Origin: a virus
Virus record (IMG/VR): IMGVR_UViG_3300042516_004811
Coordinates: 32,001-96,000 of that record
Reading direction: 5' to 3' (one strand)
DNA length: 64,000 bases
A program made the translations under genes and the position numbers. Positions 10,172 through 20,415 of the stretch are shown in pieces; position 1 is the first letter of the stretch; the number at the start of each line of letters is the position of its first letter. Under the pieces are notes generated by a model. It did not search any database. It worked only from the letters and a program-made list of their open reading frames with translations, and had not been told where the DNA came from.

Positions 10172-10208
10172 TTATCTACCTTCCTTCCGAATCCGTGCCA
10201 GTCTACTT

Positions 10209-10790
10209 CTAGACCAGCAACTCCTTGACCCAACCAAATCGCTCATCCACTCGCATCGCAGCCAAGCCAGCGTCAATGGCTCGCTGTGCGTTAGTGTCAA
10301 TGGAAGCAACGACAGGCTGACGGTTGAGAACACTCTGAACATCCTTGGCAGTGAGAGCCAAGCCATCTCCAATAAAAGCGACCAGCAGTTCAGTGCTAGG
10401 TGCGAATCGGTTGGCGGTGTTGTGCAGGCTCATGTACTCGTTGCGCACGACACACACACGCTGAACCGTGTAAGCGGTCGGGTACTCCTGTGAGCAGTTG
10501 CGCCCGTTGTCAATGACCACGAAATCGTAGTCGGAAACATTGACAGATGAAATCTTTTCACTGTCACCGACACGCACCATGTCCAAGTTGGGGAACACGC
10601 CCTTGGCAACCTCTCCACGGGAACCAATGGGTAATGCAATATTGAGCCACGGATAAGTGTCGGGGGAGTAGCCCGAATCAACGAGCAGAGTAGAACGCCC
10701 CTTATTCGCAAGAATCAAAGCCAATGAGCAGGCGGTTGTGGTCACTCCCACTCCGCCCTTGTATGAATGAATGTCGTAAATCTGTGTCAT
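10209..10790 (-). CDS. ParA/MinD-like P-loop protein with degenerate Walker A
   Basis: KGGVGVTTTA (canonical KGGVGKTT), TLLVD, YDFVVID. Confidence 0.75.
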   Translation of the reverse strand: MTQIYDIHSYKGGVGVTTTACSLALILANKGRSTLLVDSGYSPDTYPWLNIALPIGSRGEVAKGVFPNLDMVRVGDSEKISSVNVSDYDFVVIDNGRNCSQEYPTAYTVQRVCVVRNEYMSLHNTANRFAPSTELLVAFIGDGLALTAKDVQSVLNRQPVVASIDTNAQRAIDAGLAAMRVDERFGWVKELLV

Positions 10791-10849
10791 GTTTTCCTCT
10801 CGGTAGGTGTTGCTAGTAACTGTACCACTAACGGTTCAGACTTATCTAC

Positions 10850-11236
10850 CTATTCCTCGTCCTCGTCGTCCGACCAAAGTTCGTTTTCGTCCTCTGAATC
10901 GTCCTCAAACTCATCCTCGTCATCGCTGATGAACTGAACGGTCACGGATGAAACTCGTCCGTCCTCTGCGTATTCCACGAATACGGGATACAGGCCGTCT
11001 CCCCAGCCTGATGAGACACACACGCCAGCACCAGTGCCACCATGCTTGTAGAGCAACTGCCCACCACCCTGCTCACTGAGGGAAGCACCGCAGGCTCCGT
11101 TATACGAGTACGGGTGGGTCTCTCCCTCTGACGGCGCAAACTCCTCATCGCTGAGGAAGTCGCTGACATAGCACGGGTCGGTCAGGAGAATCTGTCCTGA
11201 ATCCACTCCGCAGTATCCGATGAGTTTCCGTTCCAT
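10850..11236 (-). CDS. DUF4241-like protein
   Basis: GVDSGQILLTDPCY and SGWGDGLYPV motifs. Confidence 0.65.
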   Translation of the reverse strand: MERKLIGYCGVDSGQILLTDPCYVSDFLSDEEFAPSEGETHPYSYNGACGASLSEQGGGQLLYKHGGTGAGVCVSSGWGDGLYPVFVEYAEDGRVSSVTVQFISDDEDEFEDDSEDENELWSDDEDEE

Positions 11237-11585
11237 TTCTTATCTACCTTTCTTGGTGGGTGATGTGAACGACTGTACCACACACGGTTCAGACTTACAA
11301 AGCGAGTCATCCACCACCGTCATTGTGTTAGGGGGGTGTGTCAGAGTTATTTACCAGCCCCACCAAAAAAGCGAGAAATCTGAAACAGGCATGACTTATC
11401 TACTTGTCCCCCCACGCGCACGGGTTCACCGCCACCCGCAGGGAGCCCCGGCGGTCCACTGCATGTAGCGGGGCTCCAGCCGAACAGGTGGGTATGTGGC
11501 TCGGACTTATCTACCTACCTAGGCAGGGGGGCAGAGTGAGGGTAGATAAGTATGGGGGGCGCACTTATCTACCCTCTACCGCCAG

Positions 11586-11906
11586 TCAGTCGTCCAACCC
11601 TCTCAACTTGCCGCCTCGCACCTCGTAGTCGTGGAGAGCGTCAGCAATGTTCCTACGGTATTCGCCATTCCCGAAAGACCAGCCCTCGGGACGGTCGTAG
11701 GCGGTGAACACAGCGAACGGGTGGAGTGGGTTGTGGGGCAGGAGACACAGCACCACCCACACGGCGTAGGTGTCTATGTCAGAGGGGCGCAACAGCCAGC
11801 ATGCGAGGACGGTGTAGGCGTAGTCACTTGATGTAGGCGTGACCACTTCGCCCACAGAGAGCAGGCGCATGGGATAGGTGTCGGTCGGGGACTTATCTAC
11901 TGACAT
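11586..11906 (-). CDS. hypothetical protein
   Basis: 106-aa ORF directly downstream of the DUF3846-like gene. Confidence 0.55.
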   Translation of the reverse strand: MSVDKSPTDTYPMRLLSVGEVVTPTSSDYAYTVLACWLLRPSDIDTYAVWVVLCLLPHNPLHPFAVFTAYDRPEGWSFGNGEYRRNIADALHDYEVRGGKLRGLDD

Positions 11907-11909
11907 GGC

Positions 11910-12362
11910 TTACTTCCCTTCCAGCCAAGCGTCAAACTCGTCATCGGTCAGAGATACGACCTTCGGACTGGGGTCATCCATGATTCGGGCGACTTCCGCC
12001 TCTACGGTGGTGCGCACTCGCTCATCGTTCAGAATGAGTCCAGCGATGAGATGAAAACGCTCGCCCATGAACTCGGCAGGCACGTCGTAATCGTTTCCGT
12101 CGTACTCGCCACGCTCATTCAGATAGCCAACGACCACACAGTCACCCACGAGAGGACGACCGAACAGAACGCTCGCCACGAGATTCGGAGCAAGACCGAT
12201 GAGCAGTCCCTCGTCGTGGACGTAGCCAGCGAGATTCTCGCCATTGGTCACGCAGTCAATCCAACCGCCAACCAGTGAGTTGATGGTCTGATAGGCGTTC
12301 TCCTCGGGGAGAGTGACGGGTGCGATTCCCCCGTCTGCCTTGATTAGTAGTGCTTGTGTCAT
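11910..12362 (-). CDS. DUF3846-like protein
   Basis: LVGGWID.V...YVHDEG...N..AS....LVGD.VVVG pattern; AAAGGA RBS. Confidence 0.75.
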   Translation of the reverse strand: MTQALLIKADGGIAPVTLPEENAYQTINSLVGGWIDCVTNGENLAGYVHDEGLLIGLAPNLVASVLFGRPLVGDCVVVGYLNERGEYDGNDYDVPAEFMGERFHLIAGLILNDERVRTTVEAEVARIMDDPSPKVVSLTDDEFDAWLEGK

Positions 12363-12721
12363 GTGGATTCCTTTCTCCGTTGGTGACACCTGAACTGTAC
12401 CACCACAGGTTCAGACTTACAAACCGAACTTATCTACTTGCTCCCCCATCCCAGCCTCGCCCTCTCGCGCGGTGGGAGCCCCGGGGTTCTGCCAACTGTG
12501 GCGGGGCTCCAGCTCGGCACGGCTCGCTGGCTGTGAGTGGGGTGGCAGGTAAGAAAGTCGCAGATTTCTGTGGTGGTTGCTTCTTATCTACATTCTCTCT
12601 ACCGCCCTCGCTCACGCTCGGTTGCTCTCGGAGTAATAGGTAGATAAGTCGGGACAAAGAGAAGCCCCACCACTCTCCCCTAAGTAGGTAGATAAGTGGT
12701 GGGGTTCCCTTTGGGGGTCTG

Positions 12722-13135
12722 TCAGGCAGTCGCCTTCTTGGTGGACTTGACTGCCTTCGGCTTGTCTGCGCCCTTCGTGGGTCGCACCAGCACTCGCACA
12801 GAGTGAGAGATTTCCACGCAGGTACGAATGACCTTTGCGGAGATTTCGCCTCGCTCAACTGAGGAGTCCCACGCCTTCGTGTCCACCGTGGGCTTCGTGA
12901 CCTTGCGGAACACGGCAGGAGAGACAGCCTCACGCAGTTTCTCCAAGTTCCACGAACGGCGTTCGGCGGGGGACAGTTTGACCGTCACCTCGTCAAGAGC
13001 CACTTCGTCAAGCCCGTGGCTTGCGAGCGTGTCCAGCAGGATTTGGCGAGCCTCGTCGTGGGCTTCCTCTGCCCTCTCTTTGAGGGTGAGAGCGTCAAGG
13101 TAGCCCTTGACTGCGTTGGTTACTTGCTTGTCCAT
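12722..13135 (-). CDS. hypothetical protein
   Basis: ORF from MDKQV with GAAAGGGA RBS and conserved upstream promoter. Confidence 0.7.
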   Translation of the reverse strand: MDKQVTNAVKGYLDALTLKERAEEAHDEARQILLDTLASHGLDEVALDEVTVKLSPAERRSWNLEKLREAVSPAVFRKVTKPTVDTKAWDSSVERGEISAKVIRTCVEISHSVRVLVRPTKGADKPKAVKSTKKATA

Positions 13136-13630
13136 TTCAGTATCCCTTTCGTGTTGAGTGGTGGACACCACCACTCTACACCACATAGTTCAGACTTCAC
13201 AACTTCCCTTGACACTTATCTACCTAGTCAGGGACAGCCCACACGCCAGCGCACTTATCTACCTTCATTCGCCTCGCACATTTGCCAACTAAGATGACTT
13301 ATCTATGCGCCCCCCCATTCCAGCCAGCCCTCTCCGCACGGCTGGAGCCCCGTTGTTTCGGCAGTTTGGTGCGGGGCTCCTGGCTCGGCTTGCCCGCAAC
13401 CTCAGTACGGGGGGCAGGTAGAAAAGTGGAGATTTCATCACTCAACCAACTACGGCTATCTCGTCTAGCCATTCGCCTCGCAGAGATAGAAGCAGACCTC
13501 GGGTTCGTGGAAGCGCAGAACGCAGAGAACAGAGCAGTCCTCCGCAGAGCCACATTCCACTCGGTTTCAGAGTTATCTACCTCCCCTGAACCTCCCACTA
13601 TCTAGGTAGATAAGTGTCCCCAGACAAGCG

Positions 13631-13667
13631 AAAGGGGGAGTGAGCAACCAACTGCCCACTCCCCCTT
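13631..13667 (-). terminator. probable intrinsic terminator
   Basis: AAGGGGGAGTG/CACTCCCCCTT stem downstream of 13701..14123. Confidence 0.55.
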
Positions 13668-13700
13668 GCTTGGGGCGTTTCCCTTATAGAGAAAGGGAGG

Positions 13701-14123
13701 CTAGAGGTACTCCGCCACGCTCTTGAGTGTGGTTGCCGACACATACTCTTGGTCGGTCATTTCCAGCACTCGGATTGCTTGTTCCAAAGCCTCTCGGTCA
13801 GCCTTCCAGTTCCACTCCTTGTAGAGTTCGGGGGACTCGGGCTCGCTTCCGATAGTGGACTTCGGGAACTCAAAGGTCGCCTGAATGGTCACGACCTTTT
13901 CCTTGTTGTTGGGTCGCCAGCGAGAAGTGGTTGCCTCCGTGACCTTGCCCTTGCCAGCCTTGACAAGTTTCAGCAGGTTGGTGTTGTATGCCTCCACAGC
14001 CTTGTCATACTCGGCTTCCAACTTGTCGTTGTTGGCGAACCGCTTGGCTCGCTCGTCAAGTGCCTTCTTGAGTGCCTCCAAGAGAACACTCACCTTGACT
14101 TTCACCTGAAGTGATTTGGACAT
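13701..14123 (-). CDS. hypothetical protein
   Basis: 140-aa ORF with AAAGGA RBS and conserved promoter. Confidence 0.75.
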   Translation of the reverse strand: MSKSLQVKVKVSVLLEALKKALDERAKRFANNDKLEAEYDKAVEAYNTNLLKLVKAGKGKVTEATTSRWRPNNKEKVVTIQATFEFPKSTIGSEPESPELYKEWNWKADREALEQAIRVLEMTDQEYVSATTLKSVAEYL

Positions 14124-14468
14124 TTCCTTTTCTCCTTACCAACGGCATTTCTCGGTTGTGAACCGCTGGCACAGGCACAGTACCACATACGGGACAGACT
14201 TCATAACTCAACTTATCTACCTGCCTCCCCATTCCCAGCGCACAGCCATTCGCACGGCAGAGCCCCGTTGCTTCTGCGATTACGGCGGGGCTCCGGCACT
14301 CGGCGGTTCTAACTGCGAGCGTGGGTGGGCAAGTAAGAAAGTCGGGAAATAGAAACGCATTTAGTTGGCTCGGAGAGTTATCTACCTTTCTCATTTAGGT
14401 AGATAAGTCGGTAGATAAGTGAAAGCCCCTACCCACTAGGGGCAGGGGCTTCACTCGGGGGGTCTCGG

Positions 14469-14909
14469 TTAGAAGGCTCGCACCAGCAGGTTCTGAACTG
14501 CGTCAGCGAGTGAACCCGTTGCCTGTCCTTCATCCACGACTGGTTCAGTCGGCTCGTCTTGGAAGCGGAGAACGCTCACCACGCTCTCACGGCTGGCGAA
14601 CACGGAGAGACGGACACGCCTCTTGGCAGGGTGTTCGCTCGGTGCGCCTTCGGCTTCGCCCTCGCTGTTGAGTGGCGCCGCCCAGCCTGTCGTGACAAGT
14701 GCTATGTAGTCGGACACCTGCGCCACCTTTACGGCAGTATCGCTGTCCAGCAGGTCGTACACATCCCGTTCGGCGGTAGCGAGCGTCAGGCTCACCTCTC
14801 CGTTCAGGTCAATGTTCACGGAGTAGAGGTGTGCGCTACCCATTTCGTAGCCCACCTCTGCGTCAATGATTTCTTCCGCTCTGGAAGCACTTTCGGTGAA
14901 TGTTGCCAT
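14469..14909 (-). CDS. hypothetical protein
   Basis: ORF from MATFTE with GAAAGGGA RBS; TGWAAP and PSEHPAKRRVRL motifs. Confidence 0.7.
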   Translation of the reverse strand: MATFTESASRAEEIIDAEVGYEMGSAHLYSVNIDLNGEVSLTLATAERDVYDLLDSDTAVKVAQVSDYIALVTTGWAAPLNSEGEAEGAPSEHPAKRRVRLSVFASRESVVSVLRFQDEPTEPVVDEGQATGSLADAVQNLLVRAF

Positions 14910-15308
14910 TTGGTTGTCCCTTTCTCGGTTGGTTGGTTGGACACCACGACAGTACCACATACGGTTCAGACTTAGCAAGGGTGGGACTTATCTACCTAGT
15001 CAGCGAGTGCGCTGGTGAGGTTCTTCCACCACCGTGAATGTCTTGGGGAGAGGTTGTCACGCCCTGCCTCACCGCACGGCTTGACGAACTCGGCAACTTG
15101 ATGCGACTTATCTACTTGCCCACCCCTTCCTGCGCCTCACCGCCCCAGCACGGCGGAGCCCCGGCGGTGATGAGCGTCAGCGGGGCTCCTGCCCACCATC
15201 GGCGCACGGAGAGAAATGTCATCGGCTCGGCATTGGGTCGGACTTATCTACCCCCTCACAGAAAGGGGGAGAGAGAGGGTAGATAAGTGCCGAACGCCTA
15301 CGCTACCG

Positions 15309-15599
15309 CTAGGGGTTGCGTGGCGAGTCTGTGGGGAGATGAATGGTCTGCCAAGTGTCTATGCCTGCCCCGTACATCGCTACCAGCGTGTCAATGACGG
15401 CGAGAACATCGCCAGTACAATGACGGCGAGCAATACCGTCTAGCGTGTCGCCACTCACTACCTCAACGCTACGCACGGCGCAGGAAAAGGTGGGAGGCTC
15501 TACCGCCTTGCGTACCGCCCACACTCCTGCCCACAGCAGGGCGAACACTATGGGCGTGAACACTACGAAACGGCGCACGGTGTACTTATCTACCCTCAC
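15309..15599 (-). CDS. membrane-anchored LysM domain protein
   Basis: N-terminal TM helix followed by VVSGDTLDGIARRHC...IDTWQTIHLP. Confidence 0.7.
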   Translation of the reverse strand: MRVDKYTVRRFVVFTPIVFALLWAGVWAVRKAVEPPTFSCAVRSVEVVSGDTLDGIARRHCTGDVLAVIDTLVAMYGAGIDTWQTIHLPTDSPRNP

Positions 15600-16063
15600 G
15601 CCGTTGCCTCCTGAATAGCGATGCTCTCCCACGGGTGAGCCTTCTCAAAAATGGCAACATCGTTACCGTTCTCGTCTTTCGTAATGCGCCGAACTTCCAA
15701 CCTGTCATCGTGAATGATGTACAGCCACTCGCACCACGCAAGTTCCTTGTCCTCATTGGTGAACCACGCCGAAGGGTCGTAAAGGCTCGTGTCCGTGTGT
15801 GCGTAGCCGTAGCCTGTCACGCAAGCGTGTGCTTCGTAAAGGCTCGGCTCTCCTGCCTCGCTCGGCTTGGCAAGTGGGTCAATGATAGACCACGAAGCGT
15901 GTTCATAGCAGAGCGTGTGTGCCACATTCACTCTGCCGTCTCGTGCTACAAGTTCGCCAAGAACTCCCACAATGCGTTGTGGGTAGTTGTCCCAATGGAC
16001 ATACCTGCCACGCCACCCGTTTCCGCCGTGTGTTGCGTGTGCCACTATTCCTCGTGTTGCCAT
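15596..16063 (-). CDS. conserved-looking phage hypothetical protein
   Basis: MATRG.V...GRYVHWDNYP...G and EWLYI motifs; GAAAGGG RBS. Confidence 0.7.
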   Translation of the reverse strand: MATRGIVAHATHGGNGWRGRYVHWDNYPQRIVGVLGELVARDGRVNVAHTLCYEHASWSIIDPLAKPSEAGEPSLYEAHACVTGYGYAHTDTSLYDPSAWFTNEDKELAWCEWLYIIHDDRLEVRRITKDENGNDVAIFEKAHPWESIAIQEATA

Positions 16064-16382
16064 TGCTTTCCCTTTCTCGTCAGTTGCTATGGACACCACC
16101 ACAGTACCACGCAAGGTTCAGACTTACAAACCCAAACTTATCTACCTGTCACCCCACGCACGAGCCTCTGCCCTCGCACGGCGAGAGCCCCGATGTTTAG
16201 CCGTCTGTGGCGGGGCTCCAGCTCCTCGCTCACACTCACGCCGGCACGGGTGGACGCGTAGATAAGTCGGCAAAGTTCAGTCAAGTTCACGACGCTTGCA
16301 GGTTGGTTGTGTTCATACAGACGCATAGACCTATCTACCCTGCCGTTACTAGACAAGGTAGATAAGTCGTGCGGTTAGTTAG

Positions 16383-16781
16383 TTATTCGTCGTCGGACTC
16401 AAACACGGGGACAACAAGGCTTGCACTGCCAGTTGGAGCATCGTGGTGCGAGAGAGAGAACTCAACTCGGTCAGAGAACACTCGGTAGCGGAGAATCCAT
16501 TCTGAATCCACGGTGATTGCACGAACGAACTCGGAGACGGTGCGAGCCTGAAACACTCCACCAACTTCACGATTCCAAAGACGGATTCCCGAAACTCGGA
16601 AAGTGTCAGATTGTGAAAGAAAGTTGTTCAGACACTCGCCAAAGAAGTACAACTCATCTTCGTAGCAAGTACCGAAACACACGGGAGAATCCGTGAAGGT
16701 ATCGGTTTCTTGGTCGTGCACGGTGCAGGTGCAAGTGTTGGTCAGTTCGCCATAGGCGACTGGCATCTCGGTGGTGGTCAT
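16383..16781 (-). CDS. hypothetical protein
   Basis: ORF from MTTTEMP with GAAAGGGA RBS and conserved promoter. Confidence 0.7.
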   Translation of the reverse strand: MTTTEMPVAYGELTNTCTCTVHDQETDTFTDSPVCFGTCYEDELYFFGECLNNFLSQSDTFRVSGIRLWNREVGGVFQARTVSEFVRAITVDSEWILRYRVFSDRVEFSLSHHDAPTGSASLVVPVFESDDE

Positions 16782-16847
16782 TTCATTCCCTTTCTCGGTG
16801 GTGGACAAGCACAGCGTACCACGCAAGGGTCAGACTTATCTACCTTG

Positions 16848-17102
16848 TTAGTAGGGGTCGTAGTTGTCCCATTCATCTCGCCTACGCTCCAAGTAGCGTT
16901 CTTGGCAGTTGTCATACTCACCACAGGCGTAGAAGTCATCTTGTGACTTGTCAGGATTCTTCGTCAGCCATTCAGCTAAGTCTTCTTCCAGTCCGTCTTC
17001 GTCGTATTCTTCCAGCCAGCGTTCTTCTTGTGATGACAAGCACCCACGCTCACTACCTCTCAACAACCAAGTGTCGTAATCAAGTTGGAACTTCGGTCGC
17101 AC
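16848..17102 (-). CDS. hypothetical acidic protein
   Basis: 84-aa ORF, GGAGAGGG RBS, conserved promoter. Confidence 0.6.
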   Translation of the reverse strand: MRPKFQLDYDTWLLRGSERGCLSSQEERWLEEYDEDGLEEDLAEWLTKNPDKSQDDFYACGEYDNCQERYLERRRDEWDNYDPY

Positions 17103-17355
17103 AATAATCCCTCTCCGTTAGTAGCACAACACAACGCTAACACAGAGTGTTCAGACTTATCTACTCGCCCACCCACACACAGCACTCGCACCTCGCGTAG
17201 CGGGAGCCCCGGCGTGGCTCGCTCTGTGGCGGGGCTCCTGCCCAAGGCGGTGGCAGGTGTGTGAACGGGGAGACAGGTAAATAAGTCGTCATCCCACCAC
17301 AAACTTTCTCGGATTTATTTTGACACTTACCCACGCAACGAACCTTCTAATAGAT

Positions 17356-17526
17356 GTGAAACGCTACTACTTCTCACATTGTGGTTCTCTCCACCCCATT
17401 AGCCGTGACTTGGTGTTTGATGATGACGGTCAGCCCAAGTCGTACTATCCGCTAGTTGCCTGTCCCGTATGCCGAAAGATTTGCTGGCTCACACACGCAT
17501 ACGAGGCTGGCAATGATGATGAGTAG
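17356..17526 (+). CDS. small putative zinc-binding protein
   Basis: HCG...CPVC; TTGACA upstream at 17320; TAG stop lies inside a GTAGATAAGT box. Confidence 0.45.
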   Translation: MKRYYFSHCGSLHPISRDLVFDDDGQPKSYYPLVACPVCRKICWLTHAYEAGNDDE

Positions 17527-17591
17527 ATAAGTACGGGCAGGGGCTTACCTACCTACATAGAACACGCCACATAGGTAGATAAGTCAGGCGA

Positions 17592-17789
17592 TTACTCGCA
17601 CTCGCACTCGCCCCATTCCTCGCCACAGTCGTCACAGAGTTCGTCAGGCTCACGCTCGTAAGGCTCGGAGTCGTAGTCAGGCTCGTCAGCGTAGTAGTCG
17701 GCGTACCTATCCTCTTGCGCCTTGATAATGGACGCTTCCTCGTTCCAATGCGAGTAGTCCCTAATGCTGGAATGACGCTCGTTAGCCAT
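17592..17789 (-). CDS. small acidic Cys-containing protein
   Basis: 65 aa ending CDDC...CEC; RBS and spacer formed by the repeat box. Confidence 0.6.
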   Translation of the reverse strand: MANERHSSIRDYSHWNEEASIIKAQEDRYADYYADEPDYDSEPYEREPDELCDDCGEEWGECECE

Positions 17790-17806
17790 TGTTATCTACC
17801 TACCTT

Positions 17807-18283
17807 TCAGACCTTCTTGGCGCACACAGGACCAATGCCACGCTGGACGCTCTTGCTATCGGTTAGTTCCGCACCGCACACACAGCAAATGCCGTACAGC
17901 GCACCGACTTCTTCCGCTTCTTGGATAGTCAGTCGGTCATTGGCAGACAGACGCTTGATAGCACCGCCTTCATAAACCAAACGCTCGCTCTTGGTAGTTG
18001 CTTCTGGAACGAAACGCAATGCGTAGAGTGCCGTGCCTGCTTGGTTCCAACGCACACGGTAGATGTTTGCGCCGTTGCGGTACATACCAACCTCGGTAAC
18101 AGGGTTGATGTCACCTCGTGCGTTCTCACGCTCACGCTGAATGTTGCGAAGCACGGCTTCTATCTGCTTGGTGGTCAGACTGCCCTTAGTGCGCCATTGG
18201 GTGAACAGGGACGCAAGGAATGAGTTGCGCTCGTGGTTCTCCTCTAAGTAGTCAATGGCTCGGTCAAAGTCATTAGTGGACAT
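17807..18283 (-). CDS. DUF6011-like zinc-finger protein
   Basis: C-terminal GICCVCGAELTD..SVQRGIGPVCAKK. Confidence 0.75.
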   Translation of the reverse strand: MSTNDFDRAIDYLEENHERNSFLASLFTQWRTKGSLTTKQIEAVLRNIQRERENARGDINPVTEVGMYRNGANIYRVRWNQAGTALYALRFVPEATTKSERLVYEGGAIKRLSANDRLTIQEAEEVGALYGICCVCGAELTDSKSVQRGIGPVCAKKV

Positions 18284-18623
18284 AGGTTCCCTTTCTCTTG
18301 GTGGACACTCACAGAGTATCACTAGTGGTACAGACTTATCTACCTAGTCACAGGCTCGGACTTATCTACCTAGTCAGTCACAGTCACCCCCTCGCCCCCG
18401 TCAAATCTCCGACTTTTCTACGCGTCCCCCCACACCCAGCACCTCCCTGCCCCGCAGGGCGGAGCCCCGCACAGTTCGGGCACGGGCCGGGGCTCCAGCT
18501 CGCTGGTGCTGGCTCGGCGTGGATGGGGTGGCAGGTAAATAAGTTTGAGAAAGTTCCAAGCAGATGTCCGATACGGGGACTTAGCGAACCTCAAAGTAAA
18601 TGAGAGAGAGGAACAGACAAGAG

Positions 18624-18863
18624 ATGGACGATTACGACAGATACGACCAAGAGTTGGCTACTTGTGCCGTGCTGTATGACGAGATAAACGAGAACTACAT
18701 CTGTGGATACTGCCTAGACGACTTCTCGTTCTCGCAACTCCACGCCACCTACGGTGGGAACATCCTGCCGATACCCACATTCCGTTCACGCAAGACACGC
18801 AAGCACCTGTGTCACGAGATGTGCGGTATGTGTGGTCTACCAGCGTCACGAGCGTTCTCGTAG
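18624..18863 (+). CDS. hypothetical Cys-rich protein
   Basis: CGYC...CGMCG; GAGG RBS. Confidence 0.5.
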   Translation: MDDYDRYDQELATCAVLYDEINENYICGYCLDDFSFSQLHATYGGNILPIPTFRSRKTRKHLCHEMCGMCGLPASRAFS

Positions 18864-18926
18864 GGGGACAGGGCTTATCTACCCTCCCAGCCCGACGCTA
18901 AGAGGGTAGATAAGTGTCCAGCCTTG

Positions 18927-19442
18927 TCAGCAGATAGAGAAACCGCCAGAGTTCTCCAAGAACTCCACGAACGCACGGACATTCTCCGTGCTGAACGGAT
19001 AGCCAGACTCCCACGACTCTCGTGTGCCTATCCCGTCACAAGCGTTACACCAGCCGTGTGTGCGACCAGTCAAAATCTGAACTTCTACGGACAACTCTTT
19101 GTCGTGTTGCCCCATCTCACGACCAATGTCATCAGTACGGATACCCGTGCCGTCACAGAGGTCGCACTTCTCACGGGGAAGGCTCGCCCTCCACTCGTTG
19201 TATTGACGCTCGTTCTCGGCGGTAGCACCCGTCTCCAACTCGTGGCGCAACTGCTTGGCGAGTTCCAGCGCACCAGACTCATCCAGCCCGTCACCGTCGT
19301 TGTAGTGACCAGACACGCCCTCGCAGAGTTCGGGAGCAACCGTCACGCAGTAGTCCCACAGGGGTCGCCACCACCACACATTGTTGCGGAAGTATTCGCC
19401 CGTCTCGTTGGTCGGCTTCTTGCCGTACACATCCATTCCCAT
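18927..19442 (-). CDS. hypothetical protein with DnaJ-type CxxCxGxG zinc finger
   Basis: YFRNNVWWWRPLW; CDLCDGTG and CNACDGIG. Confidence 0.75.
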   Translation of the reverse strand: MGMDVYGKKPTNETGEYFRNNVWWWRPLWDYCVTVAPELCEGVSGHYNDGDGLDESGALELAKQLRHELETGATAENERQYNEWRASLPREKCDLCDGTGIRTDDIGREMGQHDKELSVEVQILTGRTHGWCNACDGIGTRESWESGYPFSTENVRAFVEFLENSGGFSIC

Positions 19443-19506
19443 TACTTTGCCCCTTTCACTTGGCTCGGTCTTGTGAGCGTACCACACACGGCACAGACTT
19501 ATCTAC

Positions 19507-19677
19507 CTATGCTGATACGGACTCGCTGATGTTGTAGTCACACTCATCCCAAGTCAGGGAGAGGTTGGCTGTCTTGGCAAGGCTGTCAATGTAGGCATTG
19601 ACTATGCGCTCGGCGTGTTCCTCGCTGTCAGCCTCAAACTCATTCACTTCCAGAATGATGTTGGCAGAGAACTTCAT
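19507..19677 (-). CDS. small hypothetical protein (56 aa, not in ORF track)
   Basis: AAGGAG RBS, conserved promoter at 19711-19741; MKFSANIILEVNEFEADSEEHAERIV... Confidence 0.65.
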   Translation of the reverse strand: MKFSANIILEVNEFEADSEEHAERIVNAYIDSLAKTANLSLTWDECDYNISESVSA

Positions 19678-19877
19678 TGGTCTAACTCCTTTGTAGTTGG
19701 TGTGTACGAAACATTACCAGTAAAGGTACAGACTTATCTACTCGCCCCCCGCACCACACGCCTAGCCACCGCAAGGCGGAGCCCCGCTGGTTGCCCGCTG
19801 TAGCCGGGGCTCTTGGCCCCTCGCCCGACTTATCTACCTGTCCTTGTGGGTAGATAAGTGGGCGGGTGCGCCTTGGG

Positions 19878-20162
19878 TCAGGCGGTGATTTCCTGCCAGC
19901 CGACCGACTCGCAACGGAACCGCTTGCCGTCGACCTCAACCTCGTCACCGACCGACAGGGCCGTGTGGGTGCGGTCCTCGGGCAGGACTGGCTCCAGCAG
20001 GTTCCAGAACTCACCTGTGTAGGTGTTGGTGTCGTGGAACACGAACTCGCAAACCGTGCGTTCGTTCACATCTGCGATGCTGGTCCACTTCACGGTGGTC
20101 TGGGTCGGCGTTCCGAAGGCCTTCCAAATCACCGTGATGGTGCGTGTGTCTGTGTCGAGCAT
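19878..20162 (-). CDS. YodL-like hypothetical protein
   Basis: HTALSVGDEVEVDGKRFRCESVGW motif; GAAAGGGGAG RBS. Confidence 0.6.
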   Translation of the reverse strand: MLDTDTRTITVIWKAFGTPTQTTVKWTSIADVNERTVCEFVFHDTNTYTGEFWNLLEPVLPEDRTHTALSVGDEVEVDGKRFRCESVGWQEITA

Positions 20163-20415
20163 TGCTCCCCTTTCTGGCGAGCCCTTCTCGCCTTCCCCTG
20201 AACTGTACCACGCACGGTTCAGACTTATTTACCTGCCTACCCGTTCCCTGGGTTCCCCTGGGGCTGGAGCCCCGTTGGTTCGTGCGATTGGTGCGGGGCT
20301 CCGCCCCCGGCGGGCGTGGGGTGGCGCTGGCTAGCTTGCTGGCACGGGATGGCAAGTAGATAAGTTTGAACCTTGAGTGGTACATTGATGTCAAGCCAAG
20401 AGAAAGGGAAACGAA

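Larger units (their letters stand above)
34..15039. repeat. co-oriented box (T/A)TCCACCACCGTCA(A/T), 7 copies
   Basis: 34, 727, 2584, 6777 (one mismatch), 9195, 11309, 15024 (one mismatch). Confidence 0.85.
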
